Assembly: GCA_934098735.1 (NCBI GenBank)
Contig: CAKOOS010000001.1
Location: 157,541-221,540 of the forward strand
Reading direction: 5' to 3'
Source: an uncultured Bacilli bacterium
Lineage (GTDB): Bacteria; Bacillota_I; Bacilli_A; RF39; UBA660
Length of the DNA: 64,000 nt
The stretch's first letter is position 1, and each line of letters begins with the position of its first letter. The notes beneath the pieces are model-generated. The model did no database searches, was not told the origin of the DNA, and worked only from the letters and a program-made list of their open reading frames with translations. Shown one piece after another: positions 1-10,561 of this stretch. Position numbers and translations under genes: made by a program.

Positions 1-1
1 A

Positions 2-685
2 ATCTATTTTATTACCAAGGGCGATACTTGTAGTGTTGTAACAAAAACTGCTTGTTTAAAAAGTAATATAATTAGTTATAGATCTAGTACCAATAAAGGA
101 AAAGAAAGAGGATTTTTGTCTTTTGAAGGTTCTGTGGCACCAGCATCAATATTTCTTAAATATTATTTAGATGAAAAAAATATAAACTTAGATTTAAATC
201 TATTTGTTGAAAATAGTGTAAAATATTGGAATAGTTATTTTAAAAATTTTTTTGATAATAATAATTTTGCTAAAGATATTTGTAAATTTGGAATGATCAA
301 TATTTTTGGTGGAGATTATACTTGGTCAGCTTGCTGTGATTTAGAAAGTAAGATTATTGAATCAGGTATAATAAATTGTATTGTTCATGAAAAGAAAAAT
401 TTTTCTCATGGCAGATTTATTAATTATGAAAATTTGAATAATATATATTCAATATATTTTAAACAAAAAATAACCGACAATTATGAAAAAGAACTTTTAA
501 ATTATCTTAGAACTAATATTTTATTAGTTGAAAGTCAATTTGAAGGAATTTTAGCAGAATTTGATTTGTTAATTGCATCACAATATATAATATATTATTT
601 GGGCAAAACTTTGGATATTGATGTATCAAAACCAAAATATTCTGATGATGCAATGAAAATTTATTTTTATAAAAAAGGACTTTAA
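2..685 (+). CDS. hypothetical protein, 5-prime partial (frame stays open to window start; track start 116 is an internal TTG)
   Basis: No stop codon in this frame between base 2 and 116. No recognisable catalytic motif. Hairpin plus T-run downstream at ~700-745. Confidence 0.45.
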   Translation: MYFITKGDTCSVVTKTACLKSNIISYRSSTNKGKERGFLSFEGSVAPASIFLKYYLDEKNINLDLNLFVENSVKYWNSYFKNFFDNNNFAKDICKFGMINIFGGDYTWSACCDLESKIIESGIINCIVHEKKNFSHGRFINYENLNNIYSIYFKQKITDNYEKELLNYLRTNILLVESQFEGILAEFDLLIASQYIIYYLGKTLDIDVSKPKYSDDAMKIYFYKKGL

Positions 686-806
686 GTTCAAAAAAAATAA
701 TGTTGTAGACAAAATGCAACATTATTTTTATTTGGGATATGGTTTAATACGTTTCTAGAAAGGAGGAAAGGAATAAAATGGGGCTAGTTTGATAGAAAGG
801 AGAATA

Positions 807-1556
807 ATGAAAACAAAAAATACTTTTTATGAAAGATTTGTTAAAGACTCTTTAATAGAATGTTTTTGTCTTTCTAAATATCATAAAAATTTTGTTTTTA
901 AAAGTCTAGATGATCTTTTTATAAACGTAAAAAATATTAAACTTAATTCTTTTAATATTAATAGATTATTAAAGGAAATGTTTAAAAACTATAGCCATTT
1001 GCATTTTTCTATAAATAAAATAGAAACTATTATTTTAAATAGAAATTATTTAGTACAAATAATAGTAAATATAAATGGTGTATTGGTAACTAAGGATATT
1101 TTTTTAGAACAAGGTTCATTTTTATTTCCTTTAGGTAAAATAAGTGATTATGAAAGTGAAGTGCTAAATAAAAGCCTTAAGATAAGAGTATTTACAAATG
1201 AGGAAAATATAGCTCAGCTTTTTACGAATATAATTTATCGAAAAAATGTTTCTCTTAATGTTATGTGGAAGCTTTTAAAAATAATTAATGATAATGAAAT
1301 AGATTGGTTTTTATTTGTGAGACTTTTTCAAAATATTTGCACTTGTGAAGAAATAAAAATAGATACTAATAAAATACGGAAAAAAATAAATAAATATGAA
1401 AATAGTAAATCGTGGAAGGAAAGATGGACTTTATATGAAAACAAAAACAGTTTTGTTACAATTTCATTTGAAGATGTAATAGAAATGCTTATGAAAATTA
1501 CAAATATTATTGAAGTATGGATTGGGGGAAAATTAAATGAAAAAATTAATTTTTAG
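807..1556 (+). CDS. hypothetical protein
   Basis: ATG at 807 preceded by AAAGGAG RBS. Track start 789 is an upstream TTG. No recognisable domain. The 3-prime end overlaps the next gene by 20 nt. Confidence 0.5.
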   Translation: MKTKNTFYERFVKDSLIECFCLSKYHKNFVFKSLDDLFINVKNIKLNSFNINRLLKEMFKNYSHLHFSINKIETIILNRNYLVQIIVNINGVLVTKDIFLEQGSFLFPLGKISDYESEVLNKSLKIRVFTNEENIAQLFTNIIYRKNVSLNVMWKLLKIINDNEIDWFLFVRLFQNICTCEEIKIDTNKIRKKINKYENSKSWKERWTLYENKNSFVTISFEDVIEMLMKITNIIEVWIGGKLNEKINF

Positions 1557-2979
1557 TATGGCACTTGTTTTATTTTTTATTAATAATTGTAGAGCTTTAT
1601 CTTATCAAGGGACATTTAAAGGAGGATTAGTTATTGATGGTGTTTATGTTAAAAAAATAGATAAAAATGGTAATGTTGAAGATAAAAAGGCTCAGTTTAT
1701 TGTAAATAGTGAAAATGAATTTGTTTATTGTCTTGAGCCTTTTGTGAAAGTAAAGTTAAATACGCAGTATGATATTTATGAAGAAGATTATTTAAAAGTT
1801 TTAAATATGAGTGAAGAGATGTGGAAAAGAATTAATTTACTAGCTTATTATGGCTATTTATATAAAGACAATTTATATGATCATACTGATTATAAATGGT
1901 ACTATATAACGCAAATGTTAATATGGCGATCAATAGATAATGAAGGAAAATTTTATTTTACAACTTCTTTTAAAGGAAATATAGATGAAAATTTATTTGC
2001 TAGGGAAATATTAGAAATAGAAAATTTAGTCAGAAATCATGATGCTATTCCAGAATTTCAAATTCCTAGTCTTTATGTTGGAGATGATGTTACTCTTTTA
2101 GATAAAAAAGGAGTTTTAAATAATTTTGAAGTTACTTCCAAGAATGCTATTATAGAAAATAATAATATTAGTTTTAAAGTTCTTTCTGAAGAAATGATTA
2201 TTTCTCTTTCTAAAAAAGAACAAGAAAGTAAACCATTAGTTTATATTAGTGAAGATAGTCAAAATATATTAATTGGCAGAGCATCATTTCCAGTTCAAGC
2301 AAATTATTTAATAAAAGCGACATTACCTGTTGGTAGTATTAAAATTATAAAATATGGTGAAAAAGTTAAGATCGACAAGGAAGAGTTTTATTACTACTAT
2401 GATCTTATTGCTAATATTAAATTTAATTTATATGATCAAAATAATGCTTTAATAGAATCAAAATATACTGATCAAAATGGAGAAGTTATATTTGATAATT
2501 TACCAGCTGGGAAGTATATTATAAAAGAAGAAAATAGTAATAGTAATTATGTTATTAATGATGAAGCTTATGAAGTAGAGCTTAGTAAAGATGATAATAA
2601 TAAAATAATATCTAAAGAATTAAAAATTAAAAATCATTTAAAAAAGGGACAAATAATAATATTAAAAAAAGATTTTAATACAAATAAACCACTTGCTAAT
2701 ACTAAGTTTGGACTTTATAAAGATGATACTTTAATATATTCTGGATATACAAATGAAGAGGGATATTTAAAAATTGATAACTTACCATTTGGACATTATA
2801 AAATTGTAGAATTAGAGGCAAATGAAGGATATATTTTAAATGAAGAAGTTCAAGATATTACTTTGGATGATTCAGTATGGGAAAAGAAAATAGAAATATT
2901 TAATATTCCTGATACTGAGATTATATTTAATATAGAAATTTTATATGCTGATTTTAAAAAGAAATTAAGAATGATCTAA
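1537..2979 (+). CDS. secreted protein with N-terminal signal peptide and two C-terminal Cna B-type (SpaA/SdrD-B-like) beta-sandwich repeats; putative adhesin, no LPXTG
   Basis: Signal peptide MKKLIFSMALVLFFINNC. Two repeats of the pattern ...Y-x-DxNGEV/GYLKIDNLPxGxYxIxEexaxxGY... typical of Cna B domains. N-terminal domain with a single Cys (VYCLEP) and a TQMLIW motif. No sortase motif at the C-terminus. Confidence 0.6.
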   Translation: MKKLIFSMALVLFFINNCRALSYQGTFKGGLVIDGVYVKKIDKNGNVEDKKAQFIVNSENEFVYCLEPFVKVKLNTQYDIYEEDYLKVLNMSEEMWKRINLLAYYGYLYKDNLYDHTDYKWYYITQMLIWRSIDNEGKFYFTTSFKGNIDENLFAREILEIENLVRNHDAIPEFQIPSLYVGDDVTLLDKKGVLNNFEVTSKNAIIENNNISFKVLSEEMIISLSKKEQESKPLVYISEDSQNILIGRASFPVQANYLIKATLPVGSIKIIKYGEKVKIDKEEFYYYYDLIANIKFNLYDQNNALIESKYTDQNGEVIFDNLPAGKYIIKEENSNSNYVINDEAYEVELSKDDNNKIISKELKIKNHLKKGQIIILKKDFNTNKPLANTKFGLYKDDTLIYSGYTNEEGYLKIDNLPFGHYKIVELEANEGYILNEEVQDITLDDSVWEKKIEIFNIPDTEIIFNIEILYADFKKKLRMI

Positions 2980-3041
2980 TTAAAGAATTAGCATTCTTTT
3001 TTATTTGTCTTTGTGGTATAATGTTTTTTGAGGTTTTGTTT

Positions 3042-5591
3042 ATGTTACGTAGTGAAGTAGATAGAAATAAATTAAGTCCAATGATGGCTCAGTATATGGA
3101 AATAAAAGATAAGTATCCAGATGAGCTAGTTTTTTATCGTTTAGGGGACTTTTATGAAATGTTTTTTGATGATGCATTAATTGCTTCAAGAGAACTTGAA
3201 CTTACTTTAACAGGAAGAGTGGCTGGTTTAGAAGAAAGAGTACCAATGTGTGGTGTGCCTCACAATAATGTTAAGTCATATATAGAAAAGCTAGTAAATA
3301 AGGGCTATAGAGTAGCTATTTGTGAACAACTTGAGGATCCTAAAACAACTAAAGGAATGGTTAAAAGAGGAATAATTGATGTAATTAGTAAAGGGACTAT
3401 AGCAGATAATGATTTATTAAGTGAAAGAGATTCTTCTTATATTGCTGGAATACTTTTTTTTACTGATAGTATACTTTTCACTATTTTAGATATATCGACT
3501 GGTTATTTAGCTACTTTAAGTATTCCTAATGATGAAGAAAAGTTAGTTAATCAAATTTTAGAATTAAATTTAAAAGAAATCGTTTTAGTAGATAATCTAA
3601 AAACTAATTTAATTAGTTTACTTAAAAATACTTATGGTATTGAGGTAACTATAAATTCAGAATTTTTATGGGATAAATATACAAAGTTATTAGATACAAT
3701 ATCTGATGCTAGAGTTAAAAGTGGGGTTGCACATTTATTTTATTACTTGGATGTTCGTCAGTTAAAAGATTTAAGTCATATAATGAATATTAATTATTTA
3801 CATAAAAATGATTATTTGGAAATGGACGTACATAGTATAAGAAATCTTGAATTAGTAGAAACATTAAGATTAAAAGAAAGAACCTATTCTTTAATATGGC
3901 TTTTAGATAAATGTAAAACAGCGATGGGAAGTAGAAAACTTAAAAATTGGCTTTTAAATCCACTTAAAGATGTAAAAAAAATAAATGATAGATATAATAG
4001 AATTGAAAAATTAAATAATGAGTTTATTTTAAAAGATGAATTAAGACTAGCACTTTATGAAGTGTATGATATTGAAAGATTAGCAGGAAAAGTCATAAAC
4101 GGTTCTTTAAACGCAAGAGATTTATTACAATTAAAAAATAGTTTAGCAGTTTTACCTAAAATTAAAGAAATAGTTGGAAAACTCGGATTTGATTATGAAA
4201 TTAATACTCATGATGAAATTTATAATTTATTAGATAAAGCTATTGTTGATGATCCTCCATTAAGCATTAAAGATGGATATATGATAAAAGAAGGGTATAG
4301 TGCTAAACTAGATGAATTAAAAGAAATTAGAAGTGGTGGAAAAAACTTTGTAGCTTCTTTTGAGGCTAAAATAAAAGAAGAAACTGGTATAAAAAGTTTA
4401 AAAGTTGGATTTAACAAAGTATTTGGTTATTATATTGAAGTTCCTAATGGAAGTAAAAATCTAGTTAAAGATGAATTTAATTGGTTTAGAAAGCAAACTT
4501 TAACTAATTGTGAAAGATATATTTCTCCGGATTTAAAAGAAAAAGAAAGTATGATTTTGAATGCTGAAGAAAACATAATAAATTTAGAATATGATTTATT
4601 TTGTGAAATTAGGAAAATAATTAAAGCTGAAGTACCTAAGTTAAATGAAACAGCTAATATTTTAAGTGATATTGATGCTATAACTTCTTTAGCAGTATGT
4701 AGTGAAGAATATAATTTAGTAAGACCTGTTTTAACTTGTGAGCATACTATTAATATTAAAGATGGAAGACATCCAGTTGTGGAAGTAGTTAGTAAAGAAG
4801 AGTATGTTCCAAATGATTGCTTGATGGATAATGGAATAAATACTCTTTTGATAACGGGGCCTAATATGAGTGGTAAATCTACTTATATGAGACAGCTTGC
4901 TATTATTATAATTATGGCTCAAATGGGATCATTTGTGCCAGCTAAAAGTGCAGTTTTACCTATTGTAGATAAAATTTTTACGAGAATTGGAGCTAGTGAT
5001 GATCTAGTAAGTGGTGAGTCAACATTCATGGTAGAAATGAAGGAAGCTTGTAATGCAATTCATAATGCTACTAATAATAGTTTAATTTTGTTTGATGAGC
5101 TTGGAAGAGGTACTGCAACTTATGATGGAATGAGTTTAGCTCAAGCAATCTTGGAATACATTAGTGAAAATATTGGCTCATTTACTTTATTTTCTACTCA
5201 TTATCATGAACTAACTAAACTTGATAAAAAGTTTAAAAATATTAAAAATGTTCATGTTTCAGCAATAGAAAATGGGAATCAAATAACATTTTTACATAAA
5301 ATCAAAAATGGAGCAGTTGATAAAAGTTATGGTATTCATGTTGCTAGACTTGCTAAGATGCCAGATTTGTTACTTGATAGAGCTGAAGAAATATTAGCAG
5401 AATATGAAACTAATGCTAAAAAGAAAAATCCAGAAGAAAAAATTCAATTAGCTATGGATTTTGATCCAGTTGTTAAAAAAGATGATATAATAAAAGAAAC
5501 AATAGATAAAATAGATGTTTTAAATACTACACCAATGGAAGCACTTAATATACTATTTGAATTAAAGCAAAAAATAAAAAAGAGTGAGTAA
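3042..5591 (+). CDS. mutS: DNA mismatch repair protein MutS
   Basis: N-terminal PMMAQYMEIKDKYPDELVFYRLGDFYEMFFDDA. Walker A GPNMSGKSTYMRQ. Extended -10 (TGgTATAAT) at ~3013-3022, so the start is taken at ATG 3042 rather than 3021. Confidence 0.9.
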   Translation: MLRSEVDRNKLSPMMAQYMEIKDKYPDELVFYRLGDFYEMFFDDALIASRELELTLTGRVAGLEERVPMCGVPHNNVKSYIEKLVNKGYRVAICEQLEDPKTTKGMVKRGIIDVISKGTIADNDLLSERDSSYIAGILFFTDSILFTILDISTGYLATLSIPNDEEKLVNQILELNLKEIVLVDNLKTNLISLLKNTYGIEVTINSEFLWDKYTKLLDTISDARVKSGVAHLFYYLDVRQLKDLSHIMNINYLHKNDYLEMDVHSIRNLELVETLRLKERTYSLIWLLDKCKTAMGSRKLKNWLLNPLKDVKKINDRYNRIEKLNNEFILKDELRLALYEVYDIERLAGKVINGSLNARDLLQLKNSLAVLPKIKEIVGKLGFDYEINTHDEIYNLLDKAIVDDPPLSIKDGYMIKEGYSAKLDELKEIRSGGKNFVASFEAKIKEETGIKSLKVGFNKVFGYYIEVPNGSKNLVKDEFNWFRKQTLTNCERYISPDLKEKESMILNAEENIINLEYDLFCEIRKIIKAEVPKLNETANILSDIDAITSLAVCSEEYNLVRPVLTCEHTINIKDGRHPVVEVVSKEEYVPNDCLMDNGINTLLITGPNMSGKSTYMRQLAIIIIMAQMGSFVPAKSAVLPIVDKIFTRIGASDDLVSGESTFMVEMKEACNAIHNATNNSLILFDELGRGTATYDGMSLAQAILEYISENIGSFTLFSTHYHELTKLDKKFKNIKNVHVSAIENGNQITFLHKIKNGAVDKSYGIHVARLAKMPDLLLDRAEEILAEYETNAKKKNPEEKIQLAMDFDPVVKKDDIIKETIDKIDVLNTTPMEALNILFELKQKIKKSE

Positions 5592-5592
5592 T

Positions 5593-7317
5593 ATGAAGTT
5601 AAAAGATGTAATATTGTTTTTTAAGAATTATTTTAGTGATGAGAAAAAAATGGCTGTTAAAGCTTTTTTCCTTCTTTTACTAACTTCATTGTTTGGTATG
5701 TTATATGGTTTTTTAATAGGAACTGCCATTGATAAAACTAGATTAAATGAATTTAATTTGGCTATTATATTACTACTTGCATTAGCTCTTTTAAATATCT
5801 TAGACAGTCTTATATTTGCTAAATATAGTGAAATATATATGGAAAAATGTGCTAATAATATGATGGAGAAAATAGGCATTTCAATTTATGAAAAGGTTGG
5901 TATGTTACCATCTAAAGCTTTTGAAGAAAAATCAAGTGGTGAATTTATAAATCGAATAATAAATGATTCTTCCACAATTACTGGATCTTTTAGGGGAATT
6001 TTAAATATCATTGTATCTTTATTTACTTCTCTTGTTGTATTTATCTATATATGTTTTAATTCATTTGTTGTAGCTATAGAAATAATAATATATTTAGTAG
6101 TATTTTATTTTGTTTCTCACAAATTTTTACCTATTGTTAAAGAAAACCAAAAAGAAATAAATAAAGAAAAAGATATTGCTGTAGCAAATATATCTGAAAG
6201 TGTAAGAGGAATAAGAGAAATTAGAGCTTTGGGGATTAGAAAAAGTATGAATGATCATTTTGAAAAGCTAGTTAAAAATGTTTATGCTAAAATAAATAAA
6301 CAAATGCTTGTTGAAAAAAATTATTATGCTTTAGTAAATGTAATAAATATTTCTTTAGAACTTGTAGTATTTATAACTTGTATTTTACTTATTATGAATG
6401 AGAAAGTATCTTTTGCATTTTTTATGGCAATGACTTATTATATTTATAAATTTATGAATACCATAGAACTTATGTCGAGTCTTTCAACTAATTATCAAAA
6501 AATAAAAGTTTCTATGGAAAGAATAAGTGAGATTTTAGATAATAAATTATATAAAGATGAAACATTTGGAGATGTTTCTAAATCTAATATAGAAGGTAAT
6601 ATAGAATTTAGAAATGTTACATTTAAGTATCCTAATGAACATAAAGAAATTTTTAAAGATTTTAATATAAAAATACCTACAAATAAAAAAGTTGCTATTG
6701 TTGGTAAAAGTGGGCAAGGTAAATCGACAATTTTTAATTTACTTCTTAGATATTTTGATATTGATGATGGTGCTATTTTAATAGATAATATACCAATTCA
6801 AAATTTTACTGAGAATGCGTTAAGAAAAAATATAGCTATTATTCGGCAAGAACCTTTTATATTTAATAAGACATTAATAGAAAATTTACAAATGGTTGAT
6901 AGAGATGCGAGTTTAGAAAAAATAAGAAATGTTTGTAAACTTGCAGAAATAGATGATTATATTATGAATCTTCCTAAAAAATATGACACTATGATTGGAG
7001 AAGGTGGTATTAATTTATCTGGGGGACAAAAACAAAGACTTGCTATTGCTAGAGCTTTACTTAAAAATAGTAAGATAATTTTATTTGATGAAGCAACGAG
7101 TGCTTTAGATAATGAAAATCAAGCTAAGATTAAAAAAATAATTGATAAGTTAGTTGAAAATCATACTATTGTTATAGTTGCACATAGATTGTCTACAATA
7201 ATAGATGCAGATATTATTTATTTAATTGATAATGGAAAAGTTGTTGATAAAGGAACACATGCTAAGTTATTAAAAGAAAATCCGTTATATAGAAATTTAT
7301 ATATCAATGAAAAATAA
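5593..7317 (+). CDS. ABC transporter, fused permease/ATP-binding exporter (MsbA/bacteriocin-exporter-like)
   Basis: Six predicted N-terminal TM helices. Walker A GKSGQGKST. ABC signature LSGGQKQRLAIARAL. Walker B ILFDEATSALD. The start lies 1-2 nt after the mutS stop. Confidence 0.85.
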   Translation: MKLKDVILFFKNYFSDEKKMAVKAFFLLLLTSLFGMLYGFLIGTAIDKTRLNEFNLAIILLLALALLNILDSLIFAKYSEIYMEKCANNMMEKIGISIYEKVGMLPSKAFEEKSSGEFINRIINDSSTITGSFRGILNIIVSLFTSLVVFIYICFNSFVVAIEIIIYLVVFYFVSHKFLPIVKENQKEINKEKDIAVANISESVRGIREIRALGIRKSMNDHFEKLVKNVYAKINKQMLVEKNYYALVNVINISLELVVFITCILLIMNEKVSFAFFMAMTYYIYKFMNTIELMSSLSTNYQKIKVSMERISEILDNKLYKDETFGDVSKSNIEGNIEFRNVTFKYPNEHKEIFKDFNIKIPTNKKVAIVGKSGQGKSTIFNLLLRYFDIDDGAILIDNIPIQNFTENALRKNIAIIRQEPFIFNKTLIENLQMVDRDASLEKIRNVCKLAEIDDYIMNLPKKYDTMIGEGGINLSGGQKQRLAIARALLKNSKIILFDEATSALDNENQAKIKKIIDKLVENHTIVIVAHRLSTIIDADIIYLIDNGKVVDKGTHAKLLKENPLYRNLYINEK

Positions 7318-7339
7318 TATAAAAAAAGAATAGCTTTTG

Positions 7340-8134
7340 CTATCCTAAGGCAACATCAAATATCATCATTAAAATAAAACCAAATATTGTAAATAAGGCC
7401 ATAAGGTCTTTTTTTTCATTAGTTTGACTTTCTGGTATTAATTCTTGAACAATTACATAAATCATAGCTCCCCCGGCAAATGCAAGTAGTATTGGTAGTA
7501 AAGCATTTATTTTTATAACTAGAATTGCTCCGATAATAGCAGCAATTGGCTCAACAACACCACTTAAAGCCCCCCATAAAAATGCTTTTTTGGCACTCAT
7601 TCCTTCTCTTCTAAGAGGAAGCGATACTGCTGATCCTTCTGGAAAATTTTGAATACCAATTCCAATTGCAAGTATGATAGCAGCAGAAATTTTTGCTCCA
7701 GACAAATGATAGCCGATAGCTCCAAAAGCAACACCAATTGCCATTCCTTCTGGAATATTATGAAGTGTTATAGAAAAGATAAGCATTAAACTCCTTTTTA
7801 TACTATGAGCATTTGTTTTTTTTATAGTCATTTTGTCAAATATCTTATCTCCAATAAATAATAGTAGTCCTCCTAAAAGTATTCCTAAAGCAACAACAAG
7901 CCAAGCTATCATATTTAAATTATTTGCCATTTCTATAGCTGGTGAAAGTAAACTCCAAAATGTTGCTGCTAACATAACTCCTGCAGATAGTCCAAGCATA
8001 GCATCTAACATTGTTTTATTTACTTTTTTAAATAAAAAAACAACTGCTGCTCCTAGAGATGTTATACCCCACGTTAAAAGGGCTGCCAATAGAGCTTGAA
8101 GGGGATGAGCTAGATTTATAAACCAATTAAACAT
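7340..8134 (-). CDS. zupT: ZIP family metal (zinc) transporter, ZupT-like
   Basis: HNIPEGMAIGVAFG and FPEGSAVS ZIP signature motifs. Polytopic membrane protein. Confidence 0.8.
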   Translation of the reverse strand: MFNWFINLAHPLQALLAALLTWGITSLGAAVVFLFKKVNKTMLDAMLGLSAGVMLAATFWSLLSPAIEMANNLNMIAWLVVALGILLGGLLLFIGDKIFDKMTIKKTNAHSIKRSLMLIFSITLHNIPEGMAIGVAFGAIGYHLSGAKISAAIILAIGIGIQNFPEGSAVSLPLRREGMSAKKAFLWGALSGVVEPIAAIIGAILVIKINALLPILLAFAGGAMIYVIVQELIPESQTNEKKDLMALFTIFGFILMMIFDVALG

Positions 8135-8264
8135 AATTCCTCCTTATACATTAATAGGTTATGCACTTATATTTTTATTGTGATTTTTAATTAAAACTAC
8201 TTTTTATACTTTACAAACTTTAATATTATAGATATAATATTTTTTATGTTCAGGAGGTGTTTTT

Positions 8265-10532
8265 ATGTATTTTAATGTTCCAGTTATAATACTTAAAAAC
8301 TTAGTAATCCTCCCTAATCAAGAAATAAAATTAGAATTAAATAATATCATAAGTGGTAAAACTATAAACGAGGCAACTGCTAATTATAAAGGTGAAGTTT
8401 TGATTGTGGCACCAATGGATGCTTTAGAAGAGGATCCAAGTGTTGATGATTTACCTAAAGTAGGTGTTATCGCTAAAATTAAAAATAAAATTGATAATAA
8501 TGGTATTGTAGAAGTAAAACTTAGAGGCATTAAAAGAGTTGCTGTTGAAAAATATTATCAAGTTAAAAATAAGGACATTCTATTTAGTGAAGTAATGTAT
8601 ATAGATTTACCAGCTTTAGTGGAAGAAGAAGAAAATGCAATCAATAAAAAATTAGTTAAAGTTTTAAAAAAATACATTGATATATCTTCTTGTGTATCTA
8701 ATGATATATTGACGTTTGTAAATAATGGAAAGAATTTAAATAAAATTACGGACGCTATTGCTTCTTTTTTGCCCTTTAATACATTAAAAAAACTTGAATA
8801 TATGCAAGAGATAAATCCTATTAAAAGAGCTAAAAATCTTATTAAAGATATGAATGAGGAAATTAAAAGTGTAGAACTAGATAATGAATTAGAGGAAAAA
8901 ATGGATTCATCTTTACAAAAAGATCAAAGAGAATTTATTTTAAAAGAAAAATTAAAAGTTTTGAAAAAAGAACTTGGAGATGAATCTTGGAAAGATGCTG
9001 AAGTTAAAGAATATACAGATATTTTAAGTAAATTAAAAATTAATAAAAAAACTAAGGAACATTTCGCTCATGAAATAAGTAAGTACGAAATTATGAATGA
9101 GTCTTCTCCAGAAGTAAGTGTAATGCATAATTATCTTGATTGGGTTTTACATTTACCATGGAATAAGTCTTCTAAAGAAGAAAGTAACTTTGATCAAGTT
9201 TATAAGCTATTAAATAAAACTCATTATGGAATGAAAGAAGTTAAGGAAAGAATAAGTGAATATATAGCTATTAAAAATTTAAATAAAAATATACCTAGCC
9301 CAATTATTTGTTTGGTTGGTCCTCCAGGTGTAGGTAAAACAAGTATAGCTATGTCAATTGCTTCAGCTTTAAATAGAAGTTTTTATAAGATTAGTGTAGG
9401 TGGTCTAAATGATTCAACTGAACTTATTGGAACTAGAAGAACTTATTTAGCATCAAGTCCGGGAAAAATTATTCAAGGAATAAGTAAGTCTGGGACAAAT
9501 AATCCTTTGATTTTAATTGATGAAGTTGATAAAATGGTAAAAGATTATAAAGGAGATCCAGCATCTACACTTTTAGAAATTCTTGATCCCGTTCAAAATA
9601 AGTTGTTTGTTGATAATTATATTGAAGAACCGTTTGATTTAAGTAATGTTTTATTTGTTTTAACTGCTAATAATATTAATGATATACCAAATACTTTAAT
9701 TGATAGAGTAGAGGTAATAGAATTAAATAGTTATACTATTTTTGAAAAAAAAGATATAGCTAAAGATTATATTTTACCAAAAGTTTTATTGGAAAATATG
9801 GTATATGACTCAAAGATTAAATTTACAGATGAATTATTATATTTTATAATTAGAAATTATACAGAAGAATCAGGTGTTAGAGATTTAGAAAGAGTTCTAT
9901 CTGCTTTAGCTCGTAAAATAACTTTAAATAATGTTAAAGTTTTAAATGAAGAAAGAGTTGTAAAATTACTTGGAAATCCTAAGTTTAAAGAACAAGAAAT
10001 ACTCGAAAAGGAACTAGGAGTAACAAATTTACTTGCTTATACACAAATGGGAGGAATTGTTACTAAATTAGAAGTTGTTGATTGCAAAGGCAATGAAAAA
10101 ATTACTGTTACAGGTAATGTAGGTAATATTATGAAAGAGAGTATTTCAGTAGTAATAACAATGCTAAAAAATAAATATAAGTATAATTTTCATAACTTAG
10201 ATTTACATTTTCATTTTTTAGATGCAAGTACTAAAAAGGATGGACCTAGCGCTGGGATGAGTATCGCTGTAAGTCTTTGTAGTATTTTTGAGAAAAAAGT
10301 TGTTAGTGATGATATTGCTTTTACAGGTGAACTTTCTTTAAATGGAAATGTTTTAAAAATTGGAGGACTCAAAGAAAAGCTTATTGGTGCATATAATAAA
10401 AATATCAAAGTAGTGTATGTGCCTATAAGTAATACTGATGATTTAAAGAATGTGCCAGATTTAATTTTAAATAATATGGAAATTATTCCTGTTAGTAATT
10501 TTAATGAAGTATATACAAATATTTTTAAATAA
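8265..10532 (+). CDS. lon: ATP-dependent Lon protease
   Basis: Lon N-terminal domain. Walker A GPPGVGKTS. Protease catalytic-Ser motif DGPSAGMSIA. AGGAGGTG RBS. Confidence 0.9.
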   Translation: MYFNVPVIILKNLVILPNQEIKLELNNIISGKTINEATANYKGEVLIVAPMDALEEDPSVDDLPKVGVIAKIKNKIDNNGIVEVKLRGIKRVAVEKYYQVKNKDILFSEVMYIDLPALVEEEENAINKKLVKVLKKYIDISSCVSNDILTFVNNGKNLNKITDAIASFLPFNTLKKLEYMQEINPIKRAKNLIKDMNEEIKSVELDNELEEKMDSSLQKDQREFILKEKLKVLKKELGDESWKDAEVKEYTDILSKLKINKKTKEHFAHEISKYEIMNESSPEVSVMHNYLDWVLHLPWNKSSKEESNFDQVYKLLNKTHYGMKEVKERISEYIAIKNLNKNIPSPIICLVGPPGVGKTSIAMSIASALNRSFYKISVGGLNDSTELIGTRRTYLASSPGKIIQGISKSGTNNPLILIDEVDKMVKDYKGDPASTLLEILDPVQNKLFVDNYIEEPFDLSNVLFVLTANNINDIPNTLIDRVEVIELNSYTIFEKKDIAKDYILPKVLLENMVYDSKIKFTDELLYFIIRNYTEESGVRDLERVLSALARKITLNNVKVLNEERVVKLLGNPKFKEQEILEKELGVTNLLAYTQMGGIVTKLEVVDCKGNEKITVTGNVGNIMKESISVVITMLKNKYKYNFHNLDLHFHFLDASTKKDGPSAGMSIAVSLCSIFEKKVVSDDIAFTGELSLNGNVLKIGGLKEKLIGAYNKNIKVVYVPISNTDDLKNVPDLILNNMEIIPVSNFNEVYTNIFK

Positions 10533-10561
10533 TTTATAATTAAAATAAGGAGTTGAGAGGT

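Noticed and set aside
778-792. Tiny ORF MGLV behind an AAAGGAGG RBS upstream of the second gene
   Set aside because: Four codons only. The AAAGGAG RBS further downstream better serves the real ATG at 807.
8135-8264. CtsR box or CIRCE element upstream of lon, and a Zur box for the divergent ZIP gene
   Set aside because: No GGTCAAA direct repeat and no TTAGCACTC-N9-GAGTGCTAA inverted repeat were visible, and no Zur-like palindrome. Only AT-rich promoter-like sequence with an AGGAGGTG RBS.
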